Shown here piece by piece: positions 63,701 through 64,000 of a stretch of DNA of 64,000 nucleotides. The notes beneath the pieces were generated by a model that did not search any database, was not told the DNA's origin, and was given only the letters and a program-made list of their open reading frames with translations. The stretch comes from Antedon mediterranea (lineage: Eukaryota; Animalia; Echinodermata). Where the stretch lies: assembly GCF_964355755.1 (NCBI RefSeq), contig NC_092673.1, forward strand, positions 16,464,948 to 16,528,947. The letters run 5' to 3'. The stretch's first letter is position 1. Every line of letters starts with the position of its first letter. The position numbers and the translations under genes are program-made.

Positions 63701-64000
63701 AGATGTATTGTTTCCATATATGATTATTGATTTCCTCAACAAATTTCAAAAGAACGGTGTTGACCCAATACTGTCATATAATCATGCTGAACTTTACTTT
63801 GACCAATATCATCATGTGACCTTATCTCTTGTCAAATTTGTGACTACGGAAGATGAAAGAAATTTCTTGTTAAAGGTAGGTCTACTGTATCATATATTTT
63901 CTTGTGATTATGTCATAATTTAGTCTAAGTATAAACTCAAATTCAGATATCAAAACATAAATTTTTTTTTTTTTTTCAGGTGACTATTAAAAGAACAAAT
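24777..64000 (+). CDS. Ankyrin repeat-Roc-COR (Roco family) protein, multi-exon, 3' incomplete
   Basis: Hand-built join: 24777-24784, 25180-25273, 28816-28920, 29018-29122, 29342-29449, 29672-29773, 29993-30103, 30323-30433, 30653-30760, 30982-31092, 31313-31420, 39601-39685, 43587-43679, 48807-48954, 49359-49444, 49782-49840, 50643-50742, 51767-51924, 61011-61100, 61298-61477, 61683-61937, 62635-62829, 63190-63384, 63573-63875, 63980-64000. All GT-AG, phases consistent, 3039 nt without a stop. Motifs: GxTPLH ankyrins, G1 GQEGVGKT, G2 TDGI, G3 WDHGGQ, G4 VGTHK, COR IPLKW and LHDHGEIVY...VLDP. Confidence 0.9.
25180..25273 (+). CDS. Ankyrin N-cap exon (RKHLVEALSRNDLKTIKQICKTQPGLLKSIDE)
   Basis: TTTTGACAG acceptor and GAG|GTATAA donor. 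Ends in phase 0 and reads into GxTPLH. Confidence 0.8.
25411..27660. repeat. 71-bp intronic minisatellite, about 31 copies
   Basis: Unit CACACTGATGATGGAGGTATAACCTGCATGTACTGATTAACCACATTAGGCTAAAAATAATAATATAAATA. Confidence 0.97.
27790..28503. repeat. Left copy of a ~700 bp intronic duplication
   Basis: Matches 32689-32748 joined to 33911-34540. More diverged partial copies lie at 31500-32410. Confidence 0.9.
28503..28595 (+). pseudogene. 5'-truncated ankyrin exon without acceptor (SYLGNKYTPITLEIVTCLIQHGAPVALQNE)
   Basis: 3' part of the unit and its donor are intact. The acceptor and GxTPL are replaced by flank sequence. Confidence 0.85.
28816..31420 (+). CDS. Array of 9 intact one-repeat ankyrin exons (102-111 nt, phase 0-0)
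   Basis: Each unit is ATTCCTTTCCAG|xGxTPLHxYL-variable-PTLEIVTCLIQHGxPVALQN(K/E)|GTAA. Introns are 219-222 bp except one of 97 bp. Confidence 0.95.
32410..32650 (+). pseudogene. Degenerate ankyrin unit with most of the exon deleted
   Basis: Diverged intron copy followed directly by ATTGCAAAATAAG|GTAATGTACAGGG. Confidence 0.75.
32749..33910 (-). mobile_element. Non-autonomous Helentron/Helitron2-like element
   Basis: CTAG, hairpin AACTCGTC-n6-GACGAGTT and subTIR GGTTATCCGC at one end; palindrome GGTTATCCGC-n5-GCGGATAACC at the other. Inserted in an A-run with no clear TSD. Empty site visible near 27840. Confidence 0.8.
35101..38682 (+). pseudogene. Tenth ankyrin exon (DGNTPIHVYFRRSRLIPTLKIVTCLIQHG / APVALQNK) split by a LINE
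   Basis: Acceptor at 35100, 5' part 35101-35188, 3' part 38660-38682 with intact donor. Confidence 0.9.
35189..38659 (+). mobile_element. CR1/L2-group LINE, 5'-truncated, ORF2 with stops and frameshifts
   Basis: PHD-like CxxxFHxxC...WCCxxC, APE motifs (HVNARSL, VTETHL, GGGVCLY, CYRPP, GDTN, SDH), RT motifs (QSGFR, DIQKAFD, GVPQGSILGP, YADD), and AATAAA plus (TTAC)n tail. Confidence 0.95.
39205..39506. mobile_element. Small MITE
   Basis: Inverted termini ATGGCTCAAACATTT / AAATGTTTGAGCCAT. Confidence 0.6.
39601..39685 (+). CDS. Ankyrin C-cap exon (DGNTPVSVLESKRWIGDQRKTEILNFFK)
   Basis: TTTTAATAG acceptor, phase 0 in, A|GTAAGT donor (phase 1). Confidence 0.85.
41340..42480 (-). mobile_element. 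Decayed LINE RT fragment (RTE-X-like)
   Basis: Minus-strand peptides GIQQGSPLPSSLFNIFMN, LPILIYGSETWG and AVKSELGR. Confidence 0.75.
43587..43679 (+). CDS. Linker exon (NLPSTVDEQFQTQFQKQTSDEQKTKLLKPES)
   Basis: TTTTTTAG acceptor and G|GTAAGT donor; phase 1-1, open. Confidence 0.8.
45191..45594 (+). mobile_element. Solo LTR
   Basis: TG...CA ends, perfect 5-bp TSD ATGGC (45186-45190, 45595-45599), internal TATAAAA and AATAAA. Confidence 0.8.
47013..48588 (-). mobile_element. Helentron-like element nested in the A-run near the end of the outer copy
   Basis: Same terminal hairpin, subTIR and palindrome structure; internal homology to the outer copy. Confidence 0.8.
48807..51924 (+). CDS. Roc domain N-terminal exons (G1 48807-48954; G2 49359-49444; 49782-49840; D/N-rich 50643-50742; G3 51767-51924)
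   Basis: YNEALKDGSVPVNLGMLKVIGQEGVGKTCL, HVLTDGI and FNIWDHGGQLIYHGLHR; consistent phases. Confidence 0.92.
49863..50374. mobile_element. MITE with ~50 bp TIRs (ISL2EU/Harbinger-like)
   Basis: AGGGTGGTTTCGCAACCATACGAATACGATAACGAAAACGGATACGTCAC and its reverse complement, with AT on both sides. Confidence 0.85.
50840..51160. mobile_element. Kolobok-like MITE relic
   Basis: TTAA...TATTGTCCCC / GGGGACATATTTAA ends. The left part resembles 4023-4130. Confidence 0.45.
52044..52603. mobile_element. Palindromic non-autonomous element
   Basis: ATTTGATTGGAGGATTGTGGG (52071) is inverted at CCCATAATCCTCCAATCAAAT (~52557). Confidence 0.6.
52685..58371 (-). mobile_element. Intact Gypsy-type LTR retrotransposon (Troyka-like) in a Roco intron
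   Basis: Two 182-bp LTRs (52685-52866, 58190-58371) that read identical by eye, with CG...CG ends. 3-bp TSD CTA, PBS TGGTGGCAGCG (tRNA-Leu type), and a purine tract next to the 3' LTR. Confidence 0.95.
53039..57946 (-). CDS. Gag-Pol polyprotein, 1635 aa (gag, CCHC, protease, RT, RNase H, integrase)
   Basis: CPFC...H...C knuckle, IDSGA, DLTNAFYQ and LADD, VTDGA, H..H..C..C, and integrase AADV / RTDP / IAEK. Order RT-RH-IN is Gypsy-type. Confidence 0.95.
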   Translation of the reverse strand: MAASNRAPKQWCLGKNETINTFENWRQNLMYTLTLDTKFANFLVEGFSWGKKTRASPLRGFTDDNGFEDNVANALSAQQKVTMLELMLGQIANYCPVISRNTIVKSSTSLPCIWQCIRLHYGFQSSGAHFLEFANISLGPDERPEDLYQRLLAFIDDNLLQADSVITHHNQPITEDEELTPSLENLLTLTWLRLVHPSLPQLVKQRYGTELRSRTLASIKPEISQAMTSLLEEIKTSDDTRVMRSAILPFQRPASLPSQPPRSRYPPKTFNTQTYNNKPNKCCPFCKQGGRPDRHFLSECKFLPERDRRYMARARAANIFDDDDSYCYEQDSTRVEDPNDPPSGSSSALRIQVRQSPYLEAFHGYNTVHITIDSGATGNMIRESTARLLGVQIKPSSQSAHQADGSSQLQVMGETNVTFTRDNKDLTFNGLVVKDLDVELLAGTPFMEQNDISIRPAKRQVVMADGTTYIYGSLPTTLSECHSIRRAHVLRAPSTRTVIWPGSYIELSLPNDLTHIDTVAIEPRVDAPISKTSLPSHVWPEPRIISCVAGRIRIPNLSDEPKVLSRNEQFCQASPVFTPNLPDTSSSPIKPPKLSTTTVHTCFSDNIKLDPDSILPRNILEQFTSLHKEYDDIFNPSFKGYNGAVGPFVATVNMGPVQPPQRKGRLPQYARDKLLELQHKFDELETLGVFARPEDVGVAVEYLNPSFLVKKPNGGSRLVTSFADVGRYSKPQPSLMPDVDSTLLKIGQWKYIITTDLTNAFYQIPLSKPSMKYCGIVTPFHGVRVYTRCAMGMPGSETALEELLSRVVGDFLEEGSATKLADDLYCGGNTVEEVLNVWRRILHALSNSGLHLSATKTVICPKTTNILGWIWSQGTLRASSHRISTLSSCPRPVTVTGLRSFIGAFKMLSRVLPRCAPILSPLEAAVAGRQSQEKIDWSDELLASFASAQSILNSPHTIAIPRASDQLWIVTDGAVKKYGIASTLYVSRDSKPLLAGFYSAKLRGRQMTWLPCEVEALSIAASTKHFSPFIIQSAHQAHILTDSKPCVQAYEKLCRGEFSVSPRVSTFLSTVSRYHASVHHLAGSANMPSDFGSRNAQPCDAPSCQICSFVQQTEDSVVFQVNIKDVISGSTKLPFTSRPAWLAIQSECPVLRRTHAHLSQGTRPHKKITNIKDVKRLLRFSTIAKDGLLVVRRDEPLAPVRECIVVPRDVLEGLLTALHLRFDHPSCHQLKTIVRRYFFALDMDASVERISARCHHCAALRSIPHTVIPQSTGDPPDAVGTTFAADVIKRERQLILVMRECVTSFTVACIIDSERHDSLRDGLIRLCIELRPLDGPHAVIRTDPAPGFASLVSDKLLAHHRIMIELGRTKNPNKNPIAEKAVREVEDELLTQEPTGGLVTPTMLKITMACLNSRLRSCGLSSREMWTQRDQFTNDQIPLSDSQLIISQHKRRLANHAHSERSKAPTGRFPASSDIDVGDLVYVLADRNKSKARHRYLVTSVDNTWCNIRKFIGSQLRSTAYKVKRTECYKVPSSPSPRSQHYYQEDSNSDDDYQIPEPPRTEIPIELSTPADHAYQVDPLPAGTDSEFLTPAASDDVRPLTDLHKVVIPPPVIEPRRSTRSHRLPTHLNDFVLDK
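58431..59073. mobile_element. MITE with CTAGAAAACTCAGAT subterminal repeats
   Basis: TIRs GGTGTCTAGAAA / TTTCTAGACACC. Confidence 0.7.
59126..59460 (+). mobile_element. 5S rRNA-headed SINE with a tRNA-like segment and a Deu/Nin-like central domain
   Basis: 59126-59221 aligns to animal 5S rRNA (TACGGCCA...GATCACCGAAGTTAAGCAA...GGGTGCTGTA) with an internal deletion. It is followed by GGGTTCAAATC, TCCTTAGGCAAG, GTCCTTCGGATTGGATGTAAA and a (TTTACC)n tail. Confidence 0.75.
59472..60940 (-). mobile_element. RTE-X-like LINE 3' end, interrupted by a Helitron
   Basis: ORF 60733-60939 (PRHCSASLMF...LRKSIYGLMGRLNASEN) and a (TGAA)n tail at ~59475-59497. Confidence 0.65.
59547..60697 (-). mobile_element. 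Non-autonomous Helitron
   Basis: Minus strand reads A|TCTATATAT...CTAG|T, with terminal hairpin TAGATGGTACGC-n11-GCGTACCATCTA and no TSD. Confidence 0.88.
61011..64000 (+). CDS. Roc C-terminal and COR exons (61011-61100, 61298-61477, 61683-61937, 62635-62829, 63190-63384, 63573-63875, 63980-end)
   Basis: ALYIVVFDLSKPL, PTILIVGTHK, FAIEN, EIPLKW, LHDHGEIVY, VLDP, LMIQLGFIC and FFVP; all phase 0. Confidence 0.92.

Noticed and set aside
48807-64000. Assigning LRRK1/2, DAPK1 or MFHAS1 as gene symbol
   Set aside because: No LRR or kinase domain seen and the C-terminus is outside the window; looks like a lineage-specific Roco.

Overview
AT-rich animal genomic DNA with spliceosomal introns; the repeat landscape suggests a marine invertebrate, possibly an echinoderm (inference). 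The main feature is a + strand multi-exon gene, invisible in the ORF track, that I rebuilt by hand. It has 25 coding exons with GT-AG boundaries and consistent phases, from ATG 24777 to beyond 64000, giving about 1013 codons without a stop. It encodes an ankyrin-repeat / Roc GTPase / COR (Roco) protein. Its ankyrin domain is a tandem array of ~330-bp units (28.5-31.4 kb), each one phase-0 exon encoding one ankyrin repeat plus a near-identical intron. The exon framework is almost invariant, while substitutions and in-frame indels concentrate at predicted ligand-contact positions. Broken units and one LINE-disrupted unit flank the array. This is a candidate diversifying recognition (innate immune) receptor. 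The rest is densely nested mobile DNA: an intact Gypsy-type element with CG...CG LTRs and a 3-bp TSD, a truncated Gypsy in an 89-bp satellite, LINEs, Helitron/Helentron-type elements, hAT, Ginger-like, Harbinger and pogo-like elements, a tRNA SINE, a 5S-tRNA SINE, and four tandem arrays.
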